A stretch of DNA of 63,251 nt, filler included, from Octopus bimaculoides (GCF_001194135.2; 6 parts of 5 records of this genome joined end to end with filler, not necessarily neighbours in it), one strand, 5' to 3'. Shown: positions 1 to 13,249, counted from the first letter of the whole stretch. Numbers and translations are program-made. Notes: generated by a model from the letters alone, not told the origin.

Positions 1-1089
1 TATATATATATATATCTGCGTGGGTTTCAGTGTACATGTGTGCGTGTGTCTGCTTTTGTGTGTATTTGTGGGTGTGTTTCTCTGTGTCCGTATGTGTTTG
101 CAAGCTACTTAATCTGTACACATCGAGGGGATTGAAAAACACAATGATTCTGGAAGTTATTACTGATACAATTTATCTATCATAATATGTAATGCATCCA
201 GGAAGGTGCCTCTTTGTTAATTTCGACTGCAAATTTGTTTTATGCTACAGTTAAAATAAATACACAGTGGTATGATAGTTTCAAAGCCCACAGCATTCGG
301 TTTTATATCTACATGCAATCTAGCCAACCACCGAAAATCATGACCCATATATTAATAAGCATCAGCTACAGGATAAAGTCACTGTAATCCAACGAAGCTA
401 CATTTAAGACGGCTGCATATGATTACAATGAGGTAACCTTACCAATACAATAGCGGTGTATAAGAGCAGTGTTACAAAATATTTCCAATTCCTCATCACT
501 AAACATTTCCTGAATGGTTGTAAATTTCAAAGTCCTCTCCGACCAAACTTTGCATTCTATTGGGTTTCTGCTGCACAAAAACAATGTCAAATATCATTAA
601 TGGCCACACTGCAAACATTGTAACCAAGCATACGGTAAAGGAAGGGTTACACAATTTCAGAATCATAGAACTTTATCCCACAAAGGGTAAAGTTATTGAG
701 AAAAACATTGCTCTGATGATGTATACTTCGGCAACATATAAACATGCAGTATAGGTTCTCAAAGAATCACCTTTCTCAGTACAATATTTTGTCCCTCCAT
801 CCACACCTAGAAAATGCTAGATTCTGGTAAAGTATGTTTCACAGAAAGCAAATTACAAAAGAGAAACGAGCATCGTCTCATTGGCACAGGCTTTTATGAA
901 CGGATTAAAACACTGCGATTCCTGTATTTAAGAGAGACTTCACATAATTCCCCTCTCATCTAAATGCTTATTTTAAAAAATGAGGGAACTAACATCGACT
1001 TGATAACACATGCCTGAATATCCTTTTATCTTTTTACAGTTAGCTATTTGTTGTAAAGTAACAGAAGTTGTAAACCAGACTGCAATTTA

Positions 1090-2540
1090 TCATGTTTCTA
1101 TTTGCTGCTATTTTTTGTTAGTTAAGAGGCGCCTTCCTTCTCCGAATCGCAAAGATCGATAGAACTGATGCTTATCTCTAATTATTATTTCGATTTTGAT
1201 TTTAATTGGTGGTGACAAAACGATTGTAAAGCTCGTGACTATTAAGAGGATGGTTTGAACTTGTAAATAATTGACAAAAGTCATTCTTGCAGACGATTAT
1301 CAAATGCTTTTTATTTAATGATCCTCTTGATCGCTAACTCTTCTGCATGTTACGGCAAGTTTAGCACTTCCAGCAGTGGCTATCCGTTCAGAGAGAATGA
1401 AACACGCTCTAAATTTCCCACCAGTACTTTCTGATTCAAACCCTTATATCATATTAGTCATGAAAGAATATTGTTCATCCTTCGGTGCATAATAGATTTT
1501 ATTTTACTTTGTCAATATTCTATGCAGTGAATAAGCTTACACATTACATGTATACTGCCTGCGCACACGCAACTTGCATGAGTTGACTATGAGCAATGTT
1601 ACGCGAGGAAACAGTATCGCATTAGAAATCATTATTAAACAACGCTATCATATACTTATTCACTGAATGTCAACGTATTAACTAGAACTTCGGATGATAA
1701 TTTGTGGAGATAACTTTTAATAAAGAAGCGAGAAAAGCCAGGTAAAAAAGTAACAAAAATCAATGTTTAAAACGCATGTATCTGCTATCAGTAATCGATG
1801 AAGATCATGACATCAGCTACGAGGTGAAGTGGGATTTTATACGTTGATACATGTTTAATAAGAAGCGAAGTGGGTTAGAAATATTGGTCAGGTCAAGGAA
1901 TATGTAGTTTGTGGATTATGTATCTTTCCTCACAAGAATGCATGCGAAGGGCCTGTTTTTAGACATATGTTCCTAGTCTCTCTGCTAATGCTTATGGTTT
2001 TCACTGTTACTTTTATCAATAATCGTAGAACGTTTTTCTTTTTCGGTGACTGTTGACTTCTCTGTTGGAAGTACCATGAATTAATTGCTTGGATGCATAT
2101 AGTATTCACGCAGGTCCATTACCTAAAAAACACATAACAAAAAGAAAAAGAAAAACATAGAATAACGAAACGGAAGAAGTGTCCACAGAAAGAAGTAGAA
2201 AAGTGGATTAACTCTTAGTGTATCTCCCGTCTTGAAAACCTGCCTAGAATATATTCTATATAGATAATAACAACGTGCGTTTAAACAAGAGTCATGTCAA
2301 GGATGCCTCTCCTACGGACTAGCTGTTATACTATTTAACTGCGCGAAAGATGCAAAACCGTTGCAATAAAACTGCCAGAAAAATACATACTTGTGCCTCT
2401 TTATAAAAGAAAAATATTTCTTATTTGAGATCAACGGAGGTATTAATAAAACCCAACTTATTTTTAGTCTTTGCCTTCCAGGATAACTTTCAATGCATTG
2501 TGATGAAAGTAAAGAGAAAGGTTACAGCGTACCTGGAGTA
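1090..2540. other. Diverged duplicated segment, copy 1 (paralogue at 18515-20160); origin unknown
   Basis: Colinear shared anchors with copy 2, including TTTCGATTTT, TGATCGCTAA, GTGCCTCTTTATA, GTCTTTGCCTT and ATGCATTGTGA. No intact ORF. Confidence 0.75.
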
Positions 2541-2559
2541 AACCTATCTTTCGAAGTAA

Positions 2560-3235
2560 TGGTCACATCGGAAGTATTTAGGACCATCTCCAGAAAGTCA
2601 TAAATGCAGAATCTATGGACAAAATGGTGAAACCGTATAGCATATTACCAGTCAATGAACGCCACTAGCCCAGAAAGAATATGAGACCTGTTGACAATAT
2701 AGCAAGGTTTGTTCATGAGACACTTTGCAATAAGTATGAACTTGACAGAACAAAAAAGTGGTACGAACATAAATCCGAAGGCATCATAAAAAATGATAAT
2801 ACAAAGATCCTATGGGATTTTATGATTCAGTGAGACCATGAGATAGAGAATAGAAAGCCAGATATAGTGTGATCTGAGAAAGAAAGCAAACGATGCCTAG
2901 CTGACAACAAGATATGCGATAAAGAAGAAAGAAAAGTCGATAGATACGACAGGCTGGCTAGGGATGTTAAGCAGTTGTGGCCGATGAAAAAAAGTGGTAA
3001 TTGCACCAATAACTGCCGGAGACCTGAGAACAGTGAGTAAAAACCTTGAGAAGTGCATGGAACAAATAGGGGCTGCAATAGGGGTGGAGTACTTGCAGAA
3101 AACAGCTTGGAACTGCTTGAATACTCCGGAGAGTGCTCGGAAAATAAGGGGTGTTACCTTAGTTCACTGGTTGTGAACAGCTGACACAGTTGTACATCTC
3201 CAGCGTTAGAAGCTGTGCAAAGACAACAACAACAA
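2560..3235 (+). mobile_element. R4/Dong-type non-LTR retrotransposon, degenerate 3' end (zinc knuckle plus restriction-like endonuclease)
   Basis: Frameshifted translation gives KCRIYGQNGETV*HI, then NIARFVHETLCNKY, KILWDFMIQ*DHEIENRKPDIV and VVIAPITAGDL..LQKTA. Followed by a (CAA)n(AAT)n tail. Confidence 0.85.
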
Positions 3236-3245
3236 CAACAACAAC

Positions 3246-3306
<61 letters not shown>

Positions 3307-3316
3307 NNNNNNNNNN

Positions 3317-3375
<59 letters not shown>

Positions 3376-3490
3376 AGAAAACACTCGGCGAGAAATGGAA
3401 GAAAATTTAAAGAAAGAAGAAGAAAAAAACAACATAATAATAATAATGATGATGATGATGATGATGAGGATGATAATAATAATAATAATG
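3227..3490. repeat. (CAA)n/(AAT)n/(GAT)n microsatellites
   Basis: Seen directly. Confidence 0.95.
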
Positions 3491-3992
3491 AGTGTTTTAT
3501 CTTTTTGAAGAAGGGGGAAGATTTACCAGAAGACCAAAGTAGATACAGAAAGAAATTAAGGGAGACTGCTAGTTAGTCAATATCAATAGGATGATGCAAA
3601 ATGAAGTTCGGGTAAATTAACAAAAGCAAGACGTCCACGCACGCACTACTCGAACCATCATGCATGAACTACTACACACAAGCGTTTGCATACGCACAAT
3701 CACAAGCACACCCATACAGACAGACACATACACACGATAACCTCATGCACATACTATGCATAGACCCTCGCAAACATATACACAGGTCCATACACACACA
3801 CCACTCAAACACAAATACACGAAACGCGCATCACTCCGCAAAACGCACGCACTAGGTTATCTATACACATACACACACTCCCATACGCACATACAGGTCC
3901 AACCGATTACTCACGTACACATATACACGATAGCCTCACACACATACGTACGTACGCACACACACGCGTGCGAATATGCAAAACACACATCT

Positions 3993-4212
3993 CTGGCAGA
4001 AACGTTAGCACGTCGGCGAAATGCTTAGCGGTATTTCGTCTGCCGCTACGTTCTGAGTTCAAATTCCACCGAGGTCGACTTTGCCTTTCATCCTTTCGGG
4101 GTCGATTAAATAAGTACCAGTTACGCACTGGGGTCGATATAATCGACTTAATCCGTTTGTCTGTCCTTGTTTGTCCCCTCTGTGTGTAGCCCCTTGTGGG
4201 TAGTAAAGAAAT
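3993..4212 (+). mobile_element. tRNA-related SINE, family B, tail type i
   Basis: A-box-like TGGCAGAAACGTTAGC and B-box-like GAGTTCAAATTCC. The core GTCGACTTTGCCTTTCATCCTTTCGGGGTCGA is shared with many copies in the window. Confidence 0.85.
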
Positions 4213-4319
4213 AACACATCTCTCCACACAACCCACGTACTAGGTAACTTATAAACATGTACACACTCGCCCCCATTCACACATACACAGACACACACAC
4301 TATCATCGCATACACAGAT

Positions 4320-4545
4320 GCGCTTTCACCCAACCGCTTTCGTCCGGTCATTTCATCACGTTGAACCATTAATCCCTACACATTTTTTCTCTCTCCCCCC
4401 TTTTTTGTTTTCGTTCTCTCTCCATCTTTTTCATCTCAATCCTTTCTGTCGAAGAGCGTAAACTCAAAAGGTAAAAGACTTTGCCTTTTTTTCCCGAGCG
4501 TTAAACTGAAACACCTACTTATCGTTCCTTTTGTTTTGTGTAAAA
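4320..4545 (+). mobile_element. Penelope-type terminal-repeat-like element with a degenerate hammerhead motif at 4446-4478
   Basis: CTTT-CTGTCGA-A-GAGC-GTAA-ACTC-AAAA-GGTA-AAAGAC. Homologous to the minus-strand copy at 62941-63110. Confidence 0.6.
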
Positions 4546-4875
4546 CTGAACCATATGACATGTGCACTCATACACACACGCGCACGTTAACACACGCACT
4601 AACACACACAAACACACATATTACAATAGGGAAAGAGAAAAGAGTAAGAAGGATGAGAAAGGGTCATTATGACAGAAATTACAGCAACAGAAACCCAGTT
4701 TACACAGTCATTACACAACACATACTCCACACACACATATACACATATACAATGATTATAATTAATCATTTTTACTGTTTGAAATTTAGGCAAATATATC
4801 TATGTGTATCTGTGTATTTATATATGTATATATACATGGTTGTATATATGCATATATATATATATATGTGTATAT

Positions 4876-4918
<43 letters not shown>

Positions 4919-5532
4919 NNNNNNNNNNNNNNNNNNNNNNNNNNNNNNNNNNNNNNNNNNNNNNNNNNNNNNNNNNNNNNNNNNNNNNNNNNNNNNNNNN
5001 NNNNNNNNNNNNNNNNNNNNNNNNNNNNNNNNNNNNNNNNNNNNNNNNNNNNNNNNNNNNNNNNNNNNNNNNNNNNNNNNNNNNNNNNNNNNNNNNNNNN
5101 NNNNNNNNNNNNNNNNNNNNNNNNNNNNNNNNNNNNNNNNNNNNNNNNNNNNNNNNNNNNNNNNNNNNNNNNNNNNNNNNNNNNNNNNNNNNNNNNNNNN
5201 NNNNNNNNNNNNNNNNNNNNNNNNNNNNNNNNNNNNNNNNNNNNNNNNNNNNNNNNNNNNNNNNNNNNNNNNNNNNNNNNNNNNNNNNNNNNNNNNNNNN
5301 NNNNNNNNNNNNNNNNNNNNNNNNNNNNNNNNNNNNNNNNNNNNNNNNNNNNNNNNNNNNNNNNNNNNNNNNNNNNNNNNNNNNNNNNNNNNNNNNNNNN
5401 NNNNNNNNNNNNNNNNNNNNNNNNNNNNNNNNNNNNNNNNNNNNNNNNNNNNNNNNNNNNNNNNNNNNNNNNNNNNNNNNNNNNNNNNNNNNNNNNNNNN
5501 NNNNNNNNNNNNNNNNNNNNNNNNNNNNNNNN

Positions 5533-5567
<35 letters not shown>

Positions 5568-7709
5568 TCTATGCAGGTATATGAAGGAATTATATGCGTT
5601 TATGAGCAGTTCTGCTTAAAGAACAAAAGAAAATGTAAATGATGGCATTCCCCTCTCTCTACTACAGCTATAAACTTGTCGGTGTTCGTGCGCATGCGCA
5701 CGTGTATGTGTGCGTATACACGCTCATATATAAGTGCATATTTATACATACGAACGTACACACACACACACACACATAGATATATATGACAAGACGATGA
5801 ATAGATATATATGACAAGATATATATGAATAGACAATGTGCGTATGTGTGTGTGGGTGTTTATGTTATCAACCGTCAGATTGATCCCTCGTAAAATCAGT
5901 AAGTTTTCATCCGATTTCATCCATGCTTTGCAGATGTATCCAATGTTCAACAGAAGGTTCTACACTCTTTAGATTTGTCACTTATAGAGTAATGGGGCAT
6001 TTAGGTTAAGAAGGTCAGAAAAACCTATTGTGACTATTGGGGACAAGGGAGGTAACTCTTTGCAAAGTAATAGTCAGAAACTGATTGTTTCCCTTACACT
6101 GGAAGGTGTGTTTGTGTGTGTGTGTGTGTGGCCTCATTCGACTGACAAACACATGTATGCATGTGTATTTATGTATGTACGCGTATATGGTAGATAATGG
6201 GCGGACGTATGTATTTATGTGTGTGTGTGATTTATCTTACTCATTTTAAACATACATGACAACACCTCTCTCTCTCCACCCCCAATCAATCAGTCCCACA
6301 CTCATTAAAAAGATGCGAAAAAAAAACTAAATAAATAAAAAAATGCGCTATCACTCGCTCCCTCCCTGTCTCACATACACAGTGACATTTTCAATCTCTT
6401 TCTCTCTCTTTCTTTCTCCCCCCTCTCTCTCTCTCTCTTTCTTTCTCCCCTCTCTCTCTCTCTCTCTTTCTTTCTCCCCCCCTCTCTCTCTCTCTCACAC
6501 ACACATTGTCGATTCACAGATATTTATATTTGCTTTTTTACGATAGACAATGATTTTCTTCAAAAGTTTGACTAAGGTTTGTCAGAATCAAATTTGAAGT
6601 TGTTCACAGCTTGGGTAATCTTTCTTTTCAGGTTGCTTTTAATCTTACAATCATATTTAAACGTATACATATAGACTTGTTTTTGTTTTTTTTTCTGTTT
6701 GTGAATTGTTTTGAAACGTTACTTGGTTTATTCGTAATGTGTCTAATGTTACAGCGCCGTGTTTATATAAATATGTTAAAATATATGTATCGTTTATTAT
6801 GATGTTTAAAATGCACATGAAGAAATATTAGTATGTATTCTAACCAAGTTCTCAAACGTATCCAATATTTGGCATGTGGCCTTCATATAAGCATCCAAGT
6901 ATCGGACTGACATATTCGGTCGTATGTATATCCGTATGTATCAATTTCTTTGATATGCACTCTGCTATCAATACACTGACAAGCGAGATGAAACAATGTG
7001 AACAGATTTGAGCTCAGTAACTAAAGGCATGTCTACAAAGTACAATTTTCTCGAAGCTCTACTGATTCTTCCTCACCCAATCAGACAATTAAGAGTTGAG
7101 ACCAGATCAAAGATATCGTAAACAGTTTTTGATGGTCAAAAGCATTCAACATGTAACCAGCACGTTGTTTTCATATAAGTATGGTGAGATTTGTGGAGCA
7201 TGTGACTGCTCTGTCTAGCTGATTGAATAACTGTATAGAGTTATTGTTTCAACACTTGGTGAATTATATTAATGAGTGGCGCAAATTGTTTTAAATGCGT
7301 ATTTAAAGATGTATGGAATGTAAAACGGAGTTGTTGAATCTAAGCGACTGAAAGGATATCGTTATTAGAGTTACAAGAGCTTAGAAATGATTTACTTTAC
7401 TCGTGTGAAACACTTTAGCTGATAGTTAAAGATTCATTAAAGATTCAATCGTCTCATATGCAGAAACAAAACGTTCTGTTAAGAATCTCCCAATCAAAGT
7501 GATAAGTGGGAGGTTGAAATCGATAAATGAGTATCATTTTACTGGAAGTTTCTCATTCAGCTATAGTTGGAAACCCTACAAAGAAATCAAAGTCACGATG
7601 TCTTATACCGAAGTTGTCAAAACATGTAACCATGAAAATATCATGTAAGAAATAAGGTCTCTGATAAATATGTTTATTATAAATCAGTGAGTAACTGAAA
7701 AAAATTCAA

Positions 7710-7879
7710 GGCGCAGGAGTGGCTGTGTGGTAAGTAGCTTGCTTACCAACCACATGGTTCCGAGTTCAGTCCCACTGCGTGGCATCTTGGGCAAGTATCT
7801 TCTACTATAGCCTCGGGCCGACCAAAGCCTTGTGAGTGGATTTGGTAGACGGAAACTGAAAGAAGCCCGTCGTATATAC

Positions 7880-7951
<72 letters not shown>

Positions 7952-8160
7952 CTGTGTCTGTCTCCCTAGCATTGCTTGACAACCAATGCTGGTATGTTTA
8001 TGTCCCCGTCACCTAGCGGTTCGGCAAAAAGAGACCGATAGAATAAGTACTACGCTTCCAAAGAATAAGTCCCGGGGTCGATTTGCTCGACTAAAGGTGG
8101 TGCTCCAGCATGGCCGCAGTCAAATGACCGAAACAAGTAAAAGAGTAAAAGAGTAAAAGA
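7710..8160 (+). mobile_element. tRNA-derived SINE, family A, near full length with internal (TA)n(TG)n
   Basis: Head GGCGCAGGAGTGGCTGTGTGG, B-box-like GAGTTCAGTCCC, tail GAAACAAGTAAAAGAGTAAAAG. More than 10 copies in the window. Confidence 0.9.
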
Positions 8161-8648
8161 GAGTAATATAGAAGGTAATATTTTACAATAAAATTAGAGA
8201 AGTTTGAGGTGAGAGCAACAGTCGGGATTTACTTAAGTTATAAAGATTACATCTTCAAGTTTTGATGATGCAGTAATCAATTTCTATATACGTCCATTAA
8301 GAGGTGAGAAGTATTAAAATAGATGCGTTTAGCATCAGCTTCTGAGCATACATTTCCAACGTTGGTGGGTGGAATATCGATTAGTCGCACAGCCTGGTTG
8401 TATTTTTATTTAAGACCTAATAACTATATGAATGGGAGGATAAGAGAGTGCAGTAGAACAGAAAATTCTAGAGAGTTATTGTGTGCGCCAAAAAAAAAAA
8501 AGAAAGAAAGAAAGAAAGAAAAAACCTTGCCAGTGTACAGTCACAAATCAGTCTTGATTGAGGAGTACTGGGTAAGAGAAAATGTTTCTAACTCAGTTAA
8601 TAATTGATAGCGGCCTGAAATTCATATAAGTTATTTCTTTTCCAAAAG

Positions 8649-8847
8649 ATCTAACACATGAAACATTTACTTTTCCTAAAGATGAATGTCTTACGTCAGC
8701 TGGCTACTTTTATCAACCAGAATTTAAATTATGTTTTCGAATAATGTCATGGAATGAACCTGCAGACGATTGCAATAAGGACTGAGGACAACCTATCCAC
8801 ATTCAAAGTTCACAAGTAATGGACTATCTACAAAACAAGCTGAGAGA
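8649..8847 (+). pseudogene. C-type lectin-like domain exon with an in-frame stop
   Basis: After a TTTCTTTTCCAAAAG acceptor it reads DECLTSAGYFYQPEFKLCFRIMSWNEPADDCNKD*GQPIHIQSSQVMDYLQNKL. This fits the CTLD N-terminal pattern C..Y....C...W..A..C...G.L..I.S. TGA lies at 8783-8785. Confidence 0.5.
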
Positions 8848-9451
8848 GTAACAGTTCACTATTTTATACACACTCTCCCACACACGCTTTCTCTCTCTTT
8901 CTCTCTCACACATACTCACACACACCACACACACACACTCACTCACTCACACACACACTCACTCACACACACACTCACTCACACACACACTCACTCACAC
9001 ACACGCACACACGAATGTACACACGGTATGTCTAATGTCATAAACTATAACTATTTAATGATGTTCTTAATTTAAATTCTCTACCACTTTGTAAATTTTG
9101 ATTTGTACTCTCGGCTCTGATTATTTCTTTTACGACGAGAAAATGCACAAACTTTTGATAAAGTACTGAATGCAGACATTCAATTTCATACATATATTTT
9201 TAAAGAATTATATTGCCATTTACTTTCAATCCGTAACAAAAGAATATGGCTTGCCCGTTGAAAATTATTTAAATAATGATTTATTTTAGTGATGTTCCGC
9301 GTATTATACCTAAAAGTTCGAATGGATGTTGAAAGACAGGAAACATTTTGTTATATATCTTATTGATTTATACTGTTTGAGATTTTACGGAATATAATTT
9401 CAGTTTATTCAATGTGGAACATCTTTTAGACAATAGTCGCTTCAATATTCT

Positions 9452-9665
9452 TTTCTACTCTAGGCACAAGGCCCGAAATTTTGGGGGATAGGCCAGTGTA
9501 TTAGATCGATCTCCAGTACGCAACTGGTACTTGATTTATCGACACCGAAATGATGAAAAGCAAAGTTGACCTCGGCAGAATTTGAATTTAGAACGTAAAG
9601 ACAGACGAAACACCGCTAAGCATTTCGCCCGGCGTGCTAACGCCTCTGCCAGCTCGCCGCCTTTA
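9452..9665 (-). mobile_element. SINE family B, tail type iii
   Basis: Reverse complement of the family B head and core. CpGs are retained. Confidence 0.85.
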
Positions 9666-11261
9666 TAGTCTCTTCAATATTAAAATGTGACAGCTGTATT
9701 ACTTCGAATTTGGTCTTTGCTTTATCCTGCAACAGATAACACTATTGACAAATGTGAATATAATTTTATCCCTTTATAAATTTTGATTTTGGCTTTAATC
9801 AACACGTTAATGCTTATAGTAGAACGCTAGAATCGATTAACTTGATAAACGAATTCATGTGAGTCATCCTATCAAACTCCAATAATATGAAAGGCTAAGT
9901 CTGTTTAGCTTTTAATTTATATGCAAACAGACTAAATAAATAATTTACCTGCTATATTGGTCAACGTAACACCCTTCATTAGCAAATAATTTGCTCTTCA
10001 TTTTTTTTTTATATATATAAGATAAACATAAAAACATGGAAGACGTTAAAATATTTCTTTACTGTTGCAGAAGTTTTCTTACCACGATGATCGAGGAAGA
10101 GAGTACAGCATCCAGTTTACTGACGTAAATAAGAAGAAATCATTTTAAATTCATATATACGGTAATTATGCTTAACATTCATATATACATAATTATGCTT
10201 AACATAGGTACAAAACCCAAACTTTAAGGCTTGTAGTCTATTGCATTGATTGCAGAGGAATACAAGGTCAAGATGATCTTGGAGGGATATAAATTCACGA
10301 TGTAAAAAGCCGGAACAAAAACCCCAAATCATTTCCTAAACTCAAACGTTTCTTCTAATCGAACTTTTAGAATAAGTCATAATAAAACATGATTGTGTGT
10401 CAAGTTTTCTCCCAAAGTTGCCGCAGTCTACTCCCGTATTTGCCGCAGTTTTCTCCCGTAGTCCACCATATTATCATTTATAGTCTACTTCATGATATTC
10501 CCTAACTCTTTTAATAACAATAAATGTCATAGCTCAATATTCTATGAAACTATTGAAAGAGAAAAAATAATAATTAGATACATATTTGTAACAGTAAATG
10601 ATTATTGTTGTTGTTTTATAACATTGTGATTTTACAATCCTAATATTCATACTTATGTAGATGTTATATATTTGTGGAATAGCATGAAGAATTCAACTGT
10701 CCATTCTCTGGATGTGATCTTGCCATCTCAGAATGACAAATACAATGCTTCTCTAGACATCAGTGATGTTCTACTGACTAGAAATAACAGTTAAATCATC
10801 TTCACTAGGGACTAGAAAAGAAGGTCGCATAGGGCCTCGTCTAGATAGAGGTACTAAAAGACGGATTATGTCGTGAATGAAATTCCTCCCATATTAAGTC
10901 ATCCCATTGTTCAGGACAAGCCCCGGGGTAAACAACAACTGCTACTGCTTCCTCCTCCTCCTCGTCGTCGTCGTCCTCCTCCTCCTTGCCCTCCTCCCTT
11001 ATCCTCCTCCTCCTTGCCCTCCCCCCTTATCCTCCGCCTCCTACTACTACTTGAACAGGGCCTAAGGTAATATTCAGACAGCTATGTAGTACTGTTGGAA
11101 ATTGTGGTGAAAACCTGACTGGAGAGGATTTCTGCTGGAAGGCCATACGTGAGGCAGTAATATTTGTCTCTTTGCCCTATCTCTTGATAGATTCAAAGTG
11201 GTTGTCGTAGAATATTTGCGACTTCAACTGTCCAAATTTTTTTTTATCTTAATATCGCAAC

Positions 11262-11511
11262 GGGATTACTATATGTGGGGCTTATGTGTGAGAGACACTA
11301 AAGCCGTGCAGGTAGCCGAGATCAAGGAGGTGTTCAAAACCTTTCCATTGGCGCAGGAGTGGCTATGTGGTAAGTAGCTTCCTTATCAACCACATGGTTC
11401 CGGGTTCAGTCCCACTGCATGGCACCTTGGGCAAGTGTCTTCTACTATAGCCTCGGGCCGACCAAAGCCTTGTGAGCGGATTTGGTAGACGGAGACTGAA
11501 AGAAGCCCGTC

Positions 11512-11553
<42 letters not shown>

Positions 11554-11950
11554 TTGTGTTTGTCCCCCCACCATCGCTTGACAATCGATGCTGGTCTGTT
11601 TACGTCCCCGTAACCTAGCGGTTCGGCAAAAAGAGACCGATAGAATAAGTACTAGGCTTACAAAGAATAAGTCCTGGAGTTGATTTTCTCGACTAAAGGT
11701 GGTGCTCCAGCATCGTCGCAGTCAAATGACTGAAACAATTAAAAGAGTAAAAAGAATAATGAGAGAGTTCACATGGAGGAACGCATGTGAGAAGTTTCGT
11801 ATCTGTCTTGAAGCCGTAGTGAAAGCTGAGGGTGTTATTTTGTGTAAACTGTTATCTGCCAGCCAACTATAATTTAATTGATATTTTAAAAAAATGTTTT
11901 AAGTAATTTTTTTTTTGGATAGTATATTGTTTTTTCCTTTCATTTTATGC
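11262..11950 (+). mobile_element. Degenerate maT/DD37D-like mariner C-terminal fragment, interrupted by a family A SINE
   Basis: DYYMWG and AEIKEVFKTFP lie before the SINE. ACEKFRICLEAVVKAEG lies after it. Confidence 0.6.
11350..11755 (+). mobile_element. SINE family A
   Basis: Highly similar to 7710-8160. Confidence 0.9.
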
Positions 11951-12727
11951 AAAGTGTCAAATTTAACTCGATACTGATTTTATTATTTGCTCACAACTCA
12001 AAACTTTGGGGAACAAAAATCAACTAAATCGACTGCAGTAGAATGCTTGTTATTTTATCGACACTAGAGAGAAGGAAAACCGAAGTCCAATCTGAGTTCA
12101 AATAACATCCTGTCAGTAAAATCTGAACTTGGATGTAAAAATTTATGGTTTATAGCTATAAGGCTTTGTTCTTAACCCGTCTTTTCTACCGTATTTTCTA
12201 TAAATTAATTATTAGAATATTAAGAATTTTTTGTTTTAGTATAACTGCACTTCAATGACTGAAACCCATTTTGTAGGGGGAATTAAACTATTTTCTGGGC
12301 TCTTCTCACTGCTATACCTCGTTCAAAATTTGCATTAGTTTTTGTATGAAAAAAAAAAAAAGGAAGAGAGTGGGGCTTGTTTGTAGTTTGTAGAGGAAAC
12401 GTTAAAGTGCCTGAGAAGAAACAAAAAACATCGTCTTTCCCTCCAACTAAAAGACATGAAGAACTATTAAAGAAGGCGAATAAGTACCGAGTGTGGAGGT
12501 GAAGAAGTGAGAACTCTCAGCCGATCGTTCTAGAACTCCTAGAATGAAAATGTAAACAACTGAAAGACTTACACTCTATTCATTACTAAATGCCTTTCCC
12601 TCTTCTTCATTGTTAAAAGTAAAGAAGCTAGAACAGATCGATCATATTTCAGTCTAATTGTCATCTTAAATGACTGATGCTTTCCTTTCTCTGTCTCTAT
12701 CGTTTAATGCTTTTTGTCTACGGTTAA

Positions 12728-13055
12728 GAGAGTGAAGGTGCGTAGCTCAGTCATTAGGGGTATTCGGCCCACGATTGTGAAGTCACGAGTACAATTCCCG
12801 GCGGCGCGCTGTCTTGTTGAGCAAGGTACTGTACTTCACCTTGCTGCAGTCCACTTAACTGGCAAAAATGAGTTATAGCTGTAATTCAAAGAAGCCAGAC
12901 TTGTCTGTGTGTGATGCTGAATATACCTGAGAACTACCTTACGGCATACATGTCTGTGGAGTACTCAGCCACTTGCGCGTTAATTTTTACGAGCAGACTG
13001 TCCCGTTGATCAGATAAACAGGAACCTCATCGTCGTAAGCGATGGAGTGCCATTA
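12728..13055 (+). mobile_element. SINE family C (tRNA-like head, MetaSINE-like central domain)
   Basis: GTAGCTCAGTC head and TTGAGCAAGG..CTTCACCTTGCTGCAGTCCAC core. The body GGAGTACTCAGCCACTTGC..TTAAT..ACGAGCAGACTGT matches 27368-27720 and 60502-60890. Confidence 0.75.
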
Positions 13056-13249
13056 AAAAAAAAAGGAAATGTTCCATATCGTAAGGCAAAATGTCGTGAG
13101 TTTAGTATAAGCAGTGAAAGCTAAGACAGAATAATTGCTATTCTATCGTGTAGTGGACTTCGACCTGGATTCATGCGTAGTTTGATAACAACAAGCTGTG
13201 CATCAGTGTTTATTTGGTCACTTGGCCCCCAAGTCTGTGAGATCAACAA

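Noticed and set aside
560-754. 64-aa ORF in non-repetitive sequence
   Set aside because: TTG start, short, and no motif. Expected by chance.
7000-7660. Possible third copy of the 1090/18515 duplication
   Set aside because: Only two short matches (TTCAGCTAT and CATGAAAATATC), which is not enough in AT-rich DNA.
12405-12488. Exon-like KQKTSSFPPTKRHEELLKKANK
   Set aside because: Only faint resemblance to STPG2. The donor is weak and would be phase 2, which does not fit the phase-0 exon at 44448.
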